A stretch of DNA of 64,000 nt from Amoebophrya sp. A120 (Eukaryota > Protista > Dinoflagellata). Position numbers and translations under genes: made by a program. Each line of letters begins with the position of its first letter. Position 1 is the first letter of the stretch. The stretch is taken from contig CAJINV010000004.1 in assembly GCA_905178155.1 (NCBI GenBank), positions 4,334,518-4,398,517 of the forward strand, given 5' to 3'. The notes beneath the pieces are model-generated. The model had not been told where the DNA came from. It saw only the letters and a list, made by a program, of their open reading frames with translations, and did not search any database. Positions 49,101 to 60,700 of the stretch are shown one piece after another.

Positions 49101-51624
49101 TGACAAGTAGTGGACTTTATGCATGTTTTGCATGACAAATTGGATGGGGATGGGTGTTTTTTCCTGGATATCTGGAGGATGGCGAACTGTCCCGATGAGC
49201 ACCTGTTCTTTGGTAGAAGAAGCAGAGCGGGAGCGCCGCTCCATGGGGTCCCTTGTAGTCACCGGACCGAGGAGGAGGACGGTTGCAACGACCATCGTGG
49301 ACGGGGTAGTAGCAAAAATGGAAACTACATGGAGGACGATTACGACCTTGCGCGCAGTCACTTCGACTCTTATGCGCGCGCGCTGGATGACAAAGCCGCA
49401 GTGCTGGGCGGAGAGCGAGCAGAAGAAACAACGTCTCGCGACGACGGGGAACAACAACAAGACATTTATTCTACGACAAGAAATAAGTGTGTAAACTTCT
49501 GGTCGTGTTGCTGTTGCTGCAGTCCGCCTACTGTTCCAGCAGATGTAGAAGATAACGAGGATTCTCCCGTTCCCCCCGCGGCCCACAGAAGATCTTCATG
49601 GCAGCGAGGGCGGATATCAACGATGAACGGGGTAGACGTAGATGAGCGCCATCTTTGGTCAACAGCTGACGATGTTGGACGCAGTGCAACTAGTTGCACA
49701 GCCCTAGGCTCCTGTATGAGGTCACTTTGCTGCGAGAGAATACCGAGTTGTTGTTTTGACTTTAGCAACTGCGTCGAGCGGTATGCGCCCGCGTTTCTAG
49801 CCTCGGTGGCGACCATGGCCGCCGACGTATCGTGGTTGTGGCTCTTTTCCCAGTGCGAACTCTGGCAGCTGTCGCACGCAGGAGTAGACCCGATGTCCTC
49901 CTGTTTGTTTGGGGGTCTCGGCGGTGCCTGCTGCAGTGTGGCCTACTGCTGCTTTTTCCGCCCCATGCTGTTGCTTCCAGCGGACGGCGCGGCGCGGCGG
50001 TATCTGGAGCCGGTGGGAACGGTTACGCGGAGCGGCAACATCCAGGCCTGCGACGTCGAGCGCGACTGCCTCGTCGAACCCTACGTGAACTGTTTCCTCT
50101 GCACCAATATGAAGTGCACAAAATATGTCGGGGTCTGGAAAGAACCTGTGATGCTGAATTATGCGCATGATTGCGGCGGAGGCGGTTGCATCCATTGGCA
50201 GCTAAGCATAGCAATTTTTTCTTTTTGGGACGCTTCGTCTTTGCATGACAAAGGAACCTCCTGCTCTGTTGCTGCACACGCAACACAGGCTTTCCAGGAA
50301 TGCAAGAAGCGACCCGTCGCGGCAAGTTCTACTTTTCCAGACCCAGCAGACGTATTTGCATTTGATAACCGAAATGGCGGTTGACGCGGTAGCCGATTTT
50401 TGTGTGTATTCCCGTGACGTATGGAGGAATAAATTTCTACCAACCTGCGACGATTATGTCACCGCGCCCTGCCGCCGCTGCTGCAGCGCTGTCGCGGACC
50501 AGGCGGCCGCCGCATTGACCTGCCGACGCTGCCGCAGCGCCCGGAGGAAAAAGGAGTTAGCGAAGATCTGGCCTCCTGGTCGTGCAGCTTCGAGACTGCA
50601 CAGCGGCGATGAAACTACACGTGAAGTAGATGTGGAGGAGGAAGTGGAAAAATTGGAGGCGGACGTCGCAGCAACGCAAACACGATCCCAGCAATCGTGC
50701 TGTTTGTCCTCGCCGTCCCCTTCATCGCAAAGAAACAGCGGCGAAGATTGTGCTAGTTGTGCGGCTGACTCTACTAAGCGTCGTCGTCAAGAACGTCATT
50801 TTCAAGAACTACTGCAGCTCGACTTTGCTACCGGCAGCGCGGATGAGCCGGTGTTTGCGCTGATGGATATATTGGCCTGCTCCGAGGAAGAGGAGGCGCG
50901 GAGCCGAAAAGTGGCCGAGCAGAAGCTTCGCGGAGTCGCTATGGCGTTCTCAAACGTTACATTCTCAACTGTTGCATGAATTTGCCATGCAAAAGTGCCT
51001 TCGACGGACGGCAGATGATCGAGCGGCTTCGCATGACAAATTTCGGAAGGGCTGAACAGCATCTAAATCTGCGCCAAACTTGTAATGCAAAAGGCGCAAT
51101 CTTCCTCCTTTCACTTTTGGCTGTCTTGCATTGCAAATTTATGTAACAGTTTAGTAACATTTGAGAGCTCCATAGTCGCCGAGCGAGGGGTGGACGCGGC
51201 CGGGGCGCTTCTCCACACTGTCTATGCATTGCAAATATCCCTGGATGTCTGGAAGGTTGGAACTTGTGATGCTAGCTTTGGACTCTAAAAGAATCTGTAT
51301 TGCATGACCAGCAAGAGGAGCCCAGTTTATGCTACGCGGGGAGGTCATTTGTCATGCGGGATAGGCATCAAGAAGCAAGGCCCCTGAAGATATGGAATGC
51401 TAGATCATGCATAATTACAGACATCCTGAGTCATGCAAAATATGTATGACAAAGCTGGCAACCTTCCAGACCCCGACACTTTTGCATTTGATACTGTCTG
51501 CGAAAAACTCATATTGCCGCACGCCCCACATCCCTGCCTCGAGCGGCTGGCTGGCAATCCCGCCAGCATGCACTTGCTGCAAAACTTGCGCCGCGCCATC
51601 AAACACAGAGACGCGCTTCTTTGA
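46136..51624 (+). CDS. Large protein with signal-peptide-like segment, RING-HC finger and Cys-rich/hydrophobic C-terminal region; 6 introners
   Basis: All six junctions restore frame; PICLLSCGHVVCRSC...CYICR is the C-terminal part of a C3HC4 RING, with candidate first pair CLVC far upstream; N-terminal LVPFFLLAVLFFWFLP. Confidence 0.78.
46954..47062. mobile_element. Introner family H (reverse orientation), 109 bp
   Basis: Reverse complement of 38753-38861 type; DR cagga/caaga. Confidence 0.9.
47527..47681. mobile_element. Introner family B, 155 bp
   Basis: Family B TIR and interior; DR ccgga/ccgga. Confidence 0.92.
49062..49170. mobile_element. Introner family H, 109 bp
   Basis: tatccaggaaaaaacacccatccccatcca / tggatggggatgggtgttttttcctggata; DR tctgg/tctgg. 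Confidence 0.93.
50108..50367. mobile_element. Introner with diverged family A TIR, 260 bp
   Basis: tatgaagtgcacaaaatatgtcggggtctggaa / ttccagacccagcagacgtatttgcatttgata; DR accaa/accga. Confidence 0.85.
50940..51174. mobile_element. Introner family J, 235 bp
   Basis: tatggcgttctcaaacgttac / gtaacatttgagagctccata; DR gtcgc/gtcgc; homolog at 60987-61223. Confidence 0.9.
51223..51493. mobile_element. Introner family A, 271 bp
   Basis: Family A TIR and interior; DR ctgtc/ctgtc. Confidence 0.9.
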
Positions 51625-53273
51625 TGCGGTAGTTTGGTGCTACGTCCGGCGCGCTCGACGTAGTTCCACCTATGGAAAGAGGTACTTACCTTGGAAAGCG
51701 GAAGCGCACTTTTTTTTTTCGTTCTGGTGCGAAGCAACAGGGCAGAAGAACGATTTTGTTAGTTTGCCTATCGCTTTCCTTCAGCTCGATTGCTGCAAGA
51801 ACCTTTGCAACGGGCAATAGATCAATTGCTCATCATCTCGAGAATAAAGCACTTACAAGTGGTGGCGATAGTACCTCCCGAACCATCATCATACCGACAA
51901 AATGTACGTCTACGCCATACTTACAGCTTAGAGACTAAAGAATACGACTCAACAACAACTGAACTAAAAAATGCACACACGAATCTCCTTGATTTTTGCT
52001 GCATAACTACCATTATAGTATACTCTCAATAAAACTGTTTGACAATTCAACCACTGTAAAATTCTTTCGCGTTTGTCGAAAATGTAAAACTAAAATCATC
52101 ATCAATATGGTGGCTCGGCGCTGGGATCATAGCGCATGCCTTTGGAGCAGCGGCAGAGAGTCTGATTCTTGAATTAGGAGCGAATGGAAGCGTTCCTGTC
52201 TCACACAGTTTGTAATTGCTGCTGTAGGCCGAGCTTGTCGATCGTATCGTTAAACAAAATTCACATGTGATTAGGGTTTACGGTTGTATTGCGAGTTTAG
52301 TCGATGGATGCAACAAATACAAATCAAAACTCAGACTTACGACGCTCAAAAAATAAGTCGCTGCGCCAAAAGAAATACGAGCTTCAGCAGTAAAAATCTC
52401 GAAACTTTCGGTTTCAAGTTGAGGTCCAGTCGTTCGCCTCTCGAAAGTCCACAGTTGCCTCGGTTTGAAACTGCTGCTGCTGCACACTTTTCATCGGTCA
52501 TGCTCATCATGTGCGTTGTGTCCGTTTTCCCTCGGTTTTGATGGTTAGACTAACGTCCTCTGTGTGATTTCACTGCAATAGCATAGCTGCTGATGCGATT
52601 CAACCATTTCGTATGTGTAGCATTTATTCCTCAAAGCAGGAGCAAACAATCTTCCGTCTCGGAGGACCAGTTCCCTTATATCTTCCGCTTGATATTGATT
52701 TTTCTACATTCTTTCTTGGCACATTGTATTTGGTGACACAAACGCAAGTTTTATTTCTCTTTTCTAATCCTCGTTGTTTATTGAAAACGTTGCACAGCAA
52801 ATTTATATCGTTGCTATCGACCGCCTTGCTTTCGCCTGTAGCCAACTAGCGATCTCCAGACTGTCAAGATCCGCTCTGCGCTTTTTTCTTTTTTACAAGA
52901 ACGAGCCAACGCAAGGCTCTAGTTGAAGAAAAGTCCGCGTGGCCGCCCGACCTGACGAACGTAAAGAAGTCATTGAGACGGAAACCACGTCAACGCTTCA
53001 TCAATCAAACATGGGTGCCGCACTCTCCAAAGCCATATTCCGTTTGGGCGCGACCGCGGCCGGCGTCGGCGTGATTCAGGAGCTTCAGGTATAATATACG
53101 AGAGTGGATTTTTCTCTTGCAAGTCTTGCTCGTGGGTCTGCTGACGAAGAGAATTCGAAGACGCTTCTATTGATTTTGTAAGAACAGGACCCTGCTGGCG
53201 GGATGATGTAGCTTTGGTTCTCGTGCAGTCTAAGTATTTGCTTACCGGCAACAAGAACAAAGGAACTGTTTTC

Positions 53274-55517
53274 ATGATCCTACTTTCATTATTCTCGGTT
53301 GATGCTCCCAAAGTCACCAAAGCGGGCAAAAAGTTACTGTTTATTCCACTCCACATTTTACAGCCCGTCACCGCCGTGCAGACCGGGGGCCTTCTGGGTT
53401 TTTCCGGGGATGGAGATTTCCTCGGCTTTCCGAACCGTAGTGGTCCTCATGGTATGAGGGTGCACAGCTCTCCCTCTCCCTCGTTTGTCATGCGAAATGA
53501 GTAGTACCAAATCAGCCCCTTGCAGCCTCTTGACACTTTTTGCATGACAAGTTCTGGCAGCTCAACCCGTATCACAATCCTGGATGATTTTTTTGTCATG
53601 CAAAACCGGCACTTCTGGTCCTGCCGACGCGTGTATTGCTGTTTGTGCCAACTACATACAAATGAGGGGGAGCAAGAGTTGTGCACTCTCATAGAGGACG
53701 GTGGAGCTGTGTCTGAGGAAGAAGGTCCGGGGCTGGAGGTGGTTCCCGCCGTAGAAGAAGTGTCCGGTCAGAATGTTGTCGTTCAAGAGGACGAACACTC
53801 TCTTGGGGATGAGTCGACGTCCACGTTTTTGTCCAGTGGCAGTGCAGACCGGTACCCGCTCCTCACTGAAACCGCGCCCGCGCTTACCTCCGAAGCCGCA
53901 GCCTTACAGGCTAGAAAGCTTCAGCCTCACACTCTCACTCTCTGGAAAGGCTTCCTTCAAGCAGTCGGCGAGCTTTTTTTCAATTCGTACTCGGGCACTC
54001 AGCCGAACAACGCTCTGTTGCCGGACTTTTGTACTGGTTTCCACTCTGCAGATGGCGGGGCTGCAGAGACAGAGCCGCGGCAGCCACACCTCAATGGTGG
54101 AGAGGAGCTTCCGCCCTCCTCCTATGCCACTATCAAGCGAAACTACGAGGTCGAGGAGCAAGGCAATCCGCGGGCCGCTGGGATGTTGAACAAGCTCAGC
54201 CGCATCTTACCGAAAAGCGTCGAGCCGTTTTTGGCCCAGATTCGCCTATGGTGGGAGAGTCGATTATCCGCCGAACGGGTAGCAGAAAAAACATCGGCGC
54301 TTGCGCTACTCGGGAAGAGATTGCGATTGGAGAAGCCTAAGGAGGAGACTTCGCTGGCGGGCGCAGACTGGTTGGGACACGAATGGGAAACAACGCAAAA
54401 ACTACGCGAACAGCACGAAGAAGATAAGCACAGTGATGGATCTTCAATCGACACGCGCTCTGAAGATCAGAAGAAGGAGAAAGAGCTTCGAGATTTTAAA
54501 AACGACCTCGACGCATTTGCCGCCAGAATACGTAATGGGCAGGAACAACTGCCGGAACAACTCGAATATCTTTCTTTGTTGGAGCCTCCCCCTTCCAATA
54601 CCGTTTTCGTCAAAGAAGCCTCGTCGTCTACTTTTGCCGAGGAAGAACTGGTTGCGAAGGCGTACGAAGTTTTCCGCCAGATCTCCGAAGTATGCATTGC
54701 GCCTGCAGCTGCATCTGGAAGAGGTTTTCGTAGGTTGTACAAGATGTAAATGTGGATGTGGAATCGAGGACGTCCGAAACTTATTTATTTTGTTCGTAGG
54801 TCATTAATGAATATTTCACGGGTTCGTCTGGTTCAACAAGATCTGGAGCTTTTTACAAGAGCTCGTCCACTAGCCGTGCTGCAAACCCCAGGACGTTTGC
54901 ATGAGAAGCAAGCCCTCTGATGTTGTGGTAGATGGCGGTTGCGGAATTTCAGGGGGGTACTGCACACCCCCCCCGCCTACAGGTGGAAGATGTTCGTCCT
55001 ATAAGCTGGGTGTACAGTACTAAAATTGATCTTCGTCTTCCGAAGATCCAGGAGTATTAACCACGAGCACAGGTGTAATAATTACGATCACGATGACCAT
55101 CTTAATATTAAGGTTAACCGCGAAGGCCTATTCCCACATGAGTAGTTGCAGGTTTGCAATGCATACAGCACTAAACCATTTTCATTTTCATGGAAAACCT
55201 TGTTTGGCTTCGACTTCGTGCACTACTTGAGGAAAAGAGACCTCGTCAAAAAAGCAATCCCCATTTTCGACGGCGTTTGCGAGCGGTTTGCTGCGCTCGA
55301 GAAGGAACGGAGAGAGAAAGAACGGAGGCAGGAGGAAAAGAGACAGGAGGAACTGATACAGGAGCAACAGACACGGAAGGAACGGCAACAGGCGGAAAAA
55401 GAACAAAGGGAATTGAAGCAGACCGATCCTGTGCAATGGAGAGCCAGCACGGGCAACAACGGTATGAAGCTTGTTCCGGCGGGGCTCCGGCTCGGAACGG
55501 GTCACCTGGGGTGGTGA
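53274..55517 (+). CDS. Hypothetical protein with C-terminal coiled coil; 2 introner-type introns
   Basis: ORF segments join in frame across 53453-53693 and 54691-55165; E/K/R/Q-rich C-terminus. Start uncertain. Confidence 0.62.
53453..53693. mobile_element. Introner family G, 241 bp
   Basis: tatgagggtgcacagctc / gagttgtgcactctcata; DR decayed (catgg/gagga) but removal of element + 5 nt is in frame. Confidence 0.87.
54691..55165. mobile_element. Putative aged introner, 475 bp, overlapping a possible GT-AG intron (54690-55151)
   Basis: tatgcattgcgcctgcagctgc / gtagttgcaggtttgcaatgcata inverted ends; no intact DR. Confidence 0.6.
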
Positions 55518-57701
55518 AGAAACGAGGTGGACCTCTTTACACCAACGGCACGCAACATTCTTCTGGATCTTGGCGTGTCATCGAAGATCAGTATCACCTT
55601 GTCATGATTTTCCATCAAGATAGATCAAAATTAATACTTAGCGTTAACTTTACAGGTACAGTACACGGGCCGCAACGTCTTTTGCTAATCTTTCTGTTTC
55701 TATGTCGTGATACATGATTTTTATTGACCTTCTTAGCGAAGAGCGACAGCGATTGCCTGGGGAGCATCTGCACTCTCACATAAATATATCAAGAACATCA
55801 AAATAAGTATGTCATTACAAAGTTTTCTTTCGCGACCGGATCCGATGACCAAGCAGAAGCATGTTCGTAAGTAAGACGCGACAACACGCCGCTTCAAGTA
55901 GCATATCGAAGCAAATAAATTATCGAGCTAGAGCTAGTCAAAATTACACACAGACTATTCGCTCAGATGAACGAAAACATAAATTTGTAGTGTTGGCTTA
56001 GCAGCAGGTCCTCCAGGTGCAGGGACGAGAAAACCTGATCCGTCACAAGATACTGCCATTTGTACACGTCGCGCGACATTTTTGCAGAGCAGGTTAAGGG
56101 GCTGTCAAGTGCAACTTCTTTGTGAAATTATTGATATTTTTATTTACGGATCATCGAGGTCGCAGCTGCCACGCAGCGTCATCGTCGTGCTAGCGGCCGC
56201 ACTGTCAAAAAGATATAAAAAGGATTGAGTTACTGTTATGTTCGTCCGCTGAGCGCTTGATGTGATCTTTCTTTGAAGCTCCTCTAAGAGCTTGAGCACA
56301 GGAATCGACATTGTTCTTGAAGAAAAAGGGATACCTCTTCTTTCAACCGCTATCTTCACGAGTGCTCCATACAACTGCAGCTAGCCTGTTGGCGTTTGCG
56401 TGCTGCTGTGGTTGCATCGGGTTTCTTCAGGCCCAGATCAGGATCACATGTAGATATGATGGCCCCGCATTATTCTGTCTTGCTCTTGTTGTTACGCTTA
56501 AGTACGACAACCGCGGGTTGGTCTATCACATTCAAGATCAGACCAGGCCAGCACGTTCTTCTTGTCTTGTACATGACATAATCCATCAAGAACAGAAGAT
56601 ACTAAGTGGATGAAAGAAAAAAATGAGACGCCAAAGCAGGAGCAGACGAAAGCTGAAGATCCGAAACTACAAACGCATTTTTATTTCTTTTTGTGGACGA
56701 TTCACAACCACCTGATCCTGAACCAGCATACTTTACAACCTGTTGTCGAGAAGAATATTGGAAGCCTCCCAAATATTTATTAAAGCGATCGCTTTTATCA
56801 CCATGAGCCGGTGATTCATTGTTGACTTTTGTAGCGGAGGTGATCTGTATCCATAGCATGAAAAATAGAGAAAGTGAAAGAATTGGCGAATAAACCCTGT
56901 AGATCCTTGGCTCCTCTTTTGCACAGAAAAATTCACTACAGCACGTTGATGAAAACAAGTTGTCTTCCATAAAATAGTTGTTCCTGTTTGATTTGTTTAC
57001 TTCCATGAATTTGGTTGTGATTAACAATGATCTGGATCATCTTCTGCGCGCCAATAATGAGTACCTCCAACTTATTCATTTCGTCTCTACTAGTACCTCC
57101 CCCCCGACCAGGCAATTTTGAGTTCAACAACCTTTTCAGCAACTTGTATATGTTTCTTTGAACTCGAAGATAGACTAGCGACTAGGACCGCGACAATAAT
57201 TCGAAAAGCTTTATCGCACACCTAGCACTAGCAGAGTGCGTGCGCGTCGTATGTCTCCCGTGGACCACACCGGAGACAAACTCATGTGTATTTTCTCCTT
57301 GCCGGCACCTTTTTTTGAAGGCGTAATAAAAATGTTCTCATAATTTCTCTCGACGATCTCTAATATTGCCCCACGACCCGCGATCTCGATCTTGTTTTAT
57401 TTGAGTAATTCCCTCGTCCAAAAAAATAGAATACTAAAGAAGTAACTGACTAAAATTCAGCTGAAATTGATGAAAGTATCAGCATTTGATGGCAAAAAGC
57501 TCCCTTAGTTATCGATGACCAGTTTATTTTCCAGCATAAAAAAATGACGAGAACGTAAAAAAAAGCTGCGCCATCATTTTATTCGACGCGGTACATCTAC
57601 AAAAACAAGCATCAAATCATTTCACTCTAGAACTTGATTGCTTGTCCGCTACCCCCCCCGCCAACCCTCGTCGACACACGACGAGGACCCCCTCCGAGAC
57701 T

Positions 57702-60700
57702 ATGGCGGACGAAGGTTTAGAGTTCGAGGGCGATGACGTAGCGCCTGTGCCGGGAACAACGGATGCCGGTATTAGTAATGCCGCGACCGGTGACGACACC
57801 GCAGCTACGACCGGTGAACTAGCCCCAAACAAGGACCACTATGAAGTGCAGAAGTATCGTACTCGTATAAATGCATTACAAATTTCCTCAGCATGAGAAA
57901 TAAGATTTGTCATGCAGATTTGCCTTGGGAAAAAGATTTGTAATGCAAGACTTGCATTTAATATACGAGTACGATACTTTTGCACAGGATAACCCCGCTG
58001 CACAAACCAACACCGCGGCTGGTGGTACTACCGCGGCACCTTCCGGTGGAGCGGCTGAAGGCTATGGAAGCGTCAGGATTGAAATCGTCAAAGTTGAAAT
58101 AGTTTGTGATGCATAAAATGCAACCCACAAAGTGCCTGTCTTGCAGAGTACGCAAGGGAGGCAGATTGTAAGCCTGTTGAGGGGTAGAAATAGAGCTGCT
58201 CAAGTAGCATGACAGAAGGCGTCTTCCTTACCCAAACAGCATCACAAACTGGATTTAGGCACCGTCAAGATTTGTCATGCGCCACTTGAAAACTGGGTTC
58301 TAAATGGCATCCATTTTATGCATTACAAATTATTTCAACTTTGACGATTTCAAACCTGACGCTTCCATAAAGGCGATCATGCGAATAAAAATGCAGAGGT
58401 TCTTTATACCACCTTATTCGTGAAGGGCATCGACCCTGACGAAGCCGATGAGGATATCTGGAAGGGGAAGGTCAGCGGGTACGAGTTCATCTACGTCGGA
58501 AACATGAAGAGATTTTCCTTTTTAGTTTGGTCATTATTTCCATTTGGGCTAAAAAATGTCACACGTCAGGACGATACTAGTAGTCCCCGGTAGAAGTTTC
58601 GTCCACTGACCGCGTTCATCATCTACTTCCAGACGAATCGTGAAATAAGTGTGGTGTCGTGGTCGGGCCGCAAAATGAATACTTACAGTATTTTGTTAAC
58701 TTGAAAGACTGTATGAGACAAATAATAAATCAATGATCGCACCATCAAATACTCGTCCAAAGTCTATCCTTATCACTCCAGGTACGCGGGTGTCTCTTCT
58801 GATGACGTCCGACTTCTGAATTTCCCGAAATCCATTAGTGACGAGTGCAGTCTCACTATGCAAGAAAAAAACTGTGTAAGTGTAAATCTGTGATGCAGAA
58901 AATGCAAAACAGTTACACTTGTCATGCTCGACATGCATGATCGGCTCGCTTCCTATGTGTTTTCCCTTCCTGTCTGCGCATAACAAGTTTTTCTTGTCAT
59001 GGCAGACAAACTTGTGATGCTGTTTTCCCAAAAGACTTACACTAACACAGTTTTTTTCTTGGATACTCACTTTCAAAACGACGGAGGCTGCGGCGAAATG
59101 CAGAGCAGCCCTGGAGGAGAAGGGACTCACGTTGCGGTTCGAACATGAATTTGTTTTTTATTTGCAAGAACTTTTTTTTCCCTCGTCGGCAGAACGCGTT
59201 GGGGACGCGCCTCCCGATGCCCGTCCGCATGTCAGAAATAGATGAACTTCAACATAATTCATGAACAGCATGATCATCATCATGCTATCAAAATGGAAAA
59301 CGCAAATCTTTATGCAAGAATGAATCCGAAGACTACAACTACTACAACGGCTACTACGATACCAATATCTGATAGAACCCTTATACCAACTAAAAAACAT
59401 CTTCAGCTTTGGCACTGTGGCCGAGCAGCCGAAAGACCGACTCGCGAATGGCGGCGTCACGGTCACGTCCAACAAACGCAATTTTCTGGACGAGCCGCTC
59501 GACAGCCTGGTGGACCACAACAAGAGACGAAAGGTCGTGGACGATAAACCAATACATATCAAATGCAAGCATTATGCCTGGGTCCGGAAACTTGTGCTGC
59601 TGCTTTGTGAATGGTGGGCGCGCTGCAATACGCAGCTACGCATAACAATTTTTTGCGCTCCTATGAATGTATTTCGCTTTCCGCATGGCTAACTGAAACT
59701 GCATTTTTTCATGACAGGCAGTATGTTGCTTTCTTGCTCCTCCATTACAGATTCAAAGGGTATATGAAACAAGCATGACAAACTTGCATCCTTCCAGACC
59801 CAGACATTTTTGCAGTGCATAATACAACCAGGAGAACATCAAAAGGGCAAGGGCTGGAAACAAGCTTCCAGGGAACAATATGGCTTCTACGAGCCTTACG
59901 GTAAGTCGTAGTAGTGCAGCTTCTACAGTCTACACGCTGCACGATCGATTTCTACTACTCAACAGAAAAAAAGTTTTGACTCCTTAAAGTATATTAAGTG
60001 GTGACTCCGTACAATAGTTTTCTGACGCACTTTAGTAAATTTTCTTGGCTCATCATCACAATCAGATCTTCGTGGAAAGGATGTCATCGTCCACAAGAAC
60101 ATCAATGTCAAACAAAACCACATGTTGATGTCTTCTATGAAACATAATCGAATTGCTATATAATTGGCCGTAACGACACGCGCAACAAATAAAACAATCC
60201 ATCCCAGAACCCCAACACATGGACCCCTTTCCCTTCGGCTACGACATCTACGGCAAGGGCGCGTCAAAAAAGGGGAACAAGGGCATGAAGAAGGGGGCGG
60301 ACGGAAAAGCTTACCAGTACCTCGACCCCAACCTGCCGTCCTGGCTTGCAAACAAAAAGTATCGATTTTTTCAAAGAATAGTACTGCTCTACAGTTTAAG
60401 TATTTCACGCGAGGATCACCGATAGCCACACTTCCTCATCGAAGACTATGATTAAGCTACTACTCTATGATTTCTATTTTTTCGTGCTTGCGCGTTGTAC
60501 CGTGGGCGCAATTCAAAGTAAACGACGGAATTGCACCTGCAGTTGTTCTTGAACCCCATACCTCCAAACCCGCCCGGTTGCTCCTCATACATCTATACTA
60601 TAGTGCTAAAAACATCACGACCAGTTACGGCACGCAGATTGACCTGACGAAGGGCAAGCGGGCCGCGAACCAGAAGGGGCGCAAGGGGTTTCTTGACAGC

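Noticed and set aside
55520-57640. Short ORFs in the AT-rich spacer
   Set aside because: No motifs, no consistent splice model and no introner-restored frame; treated as intergenic.
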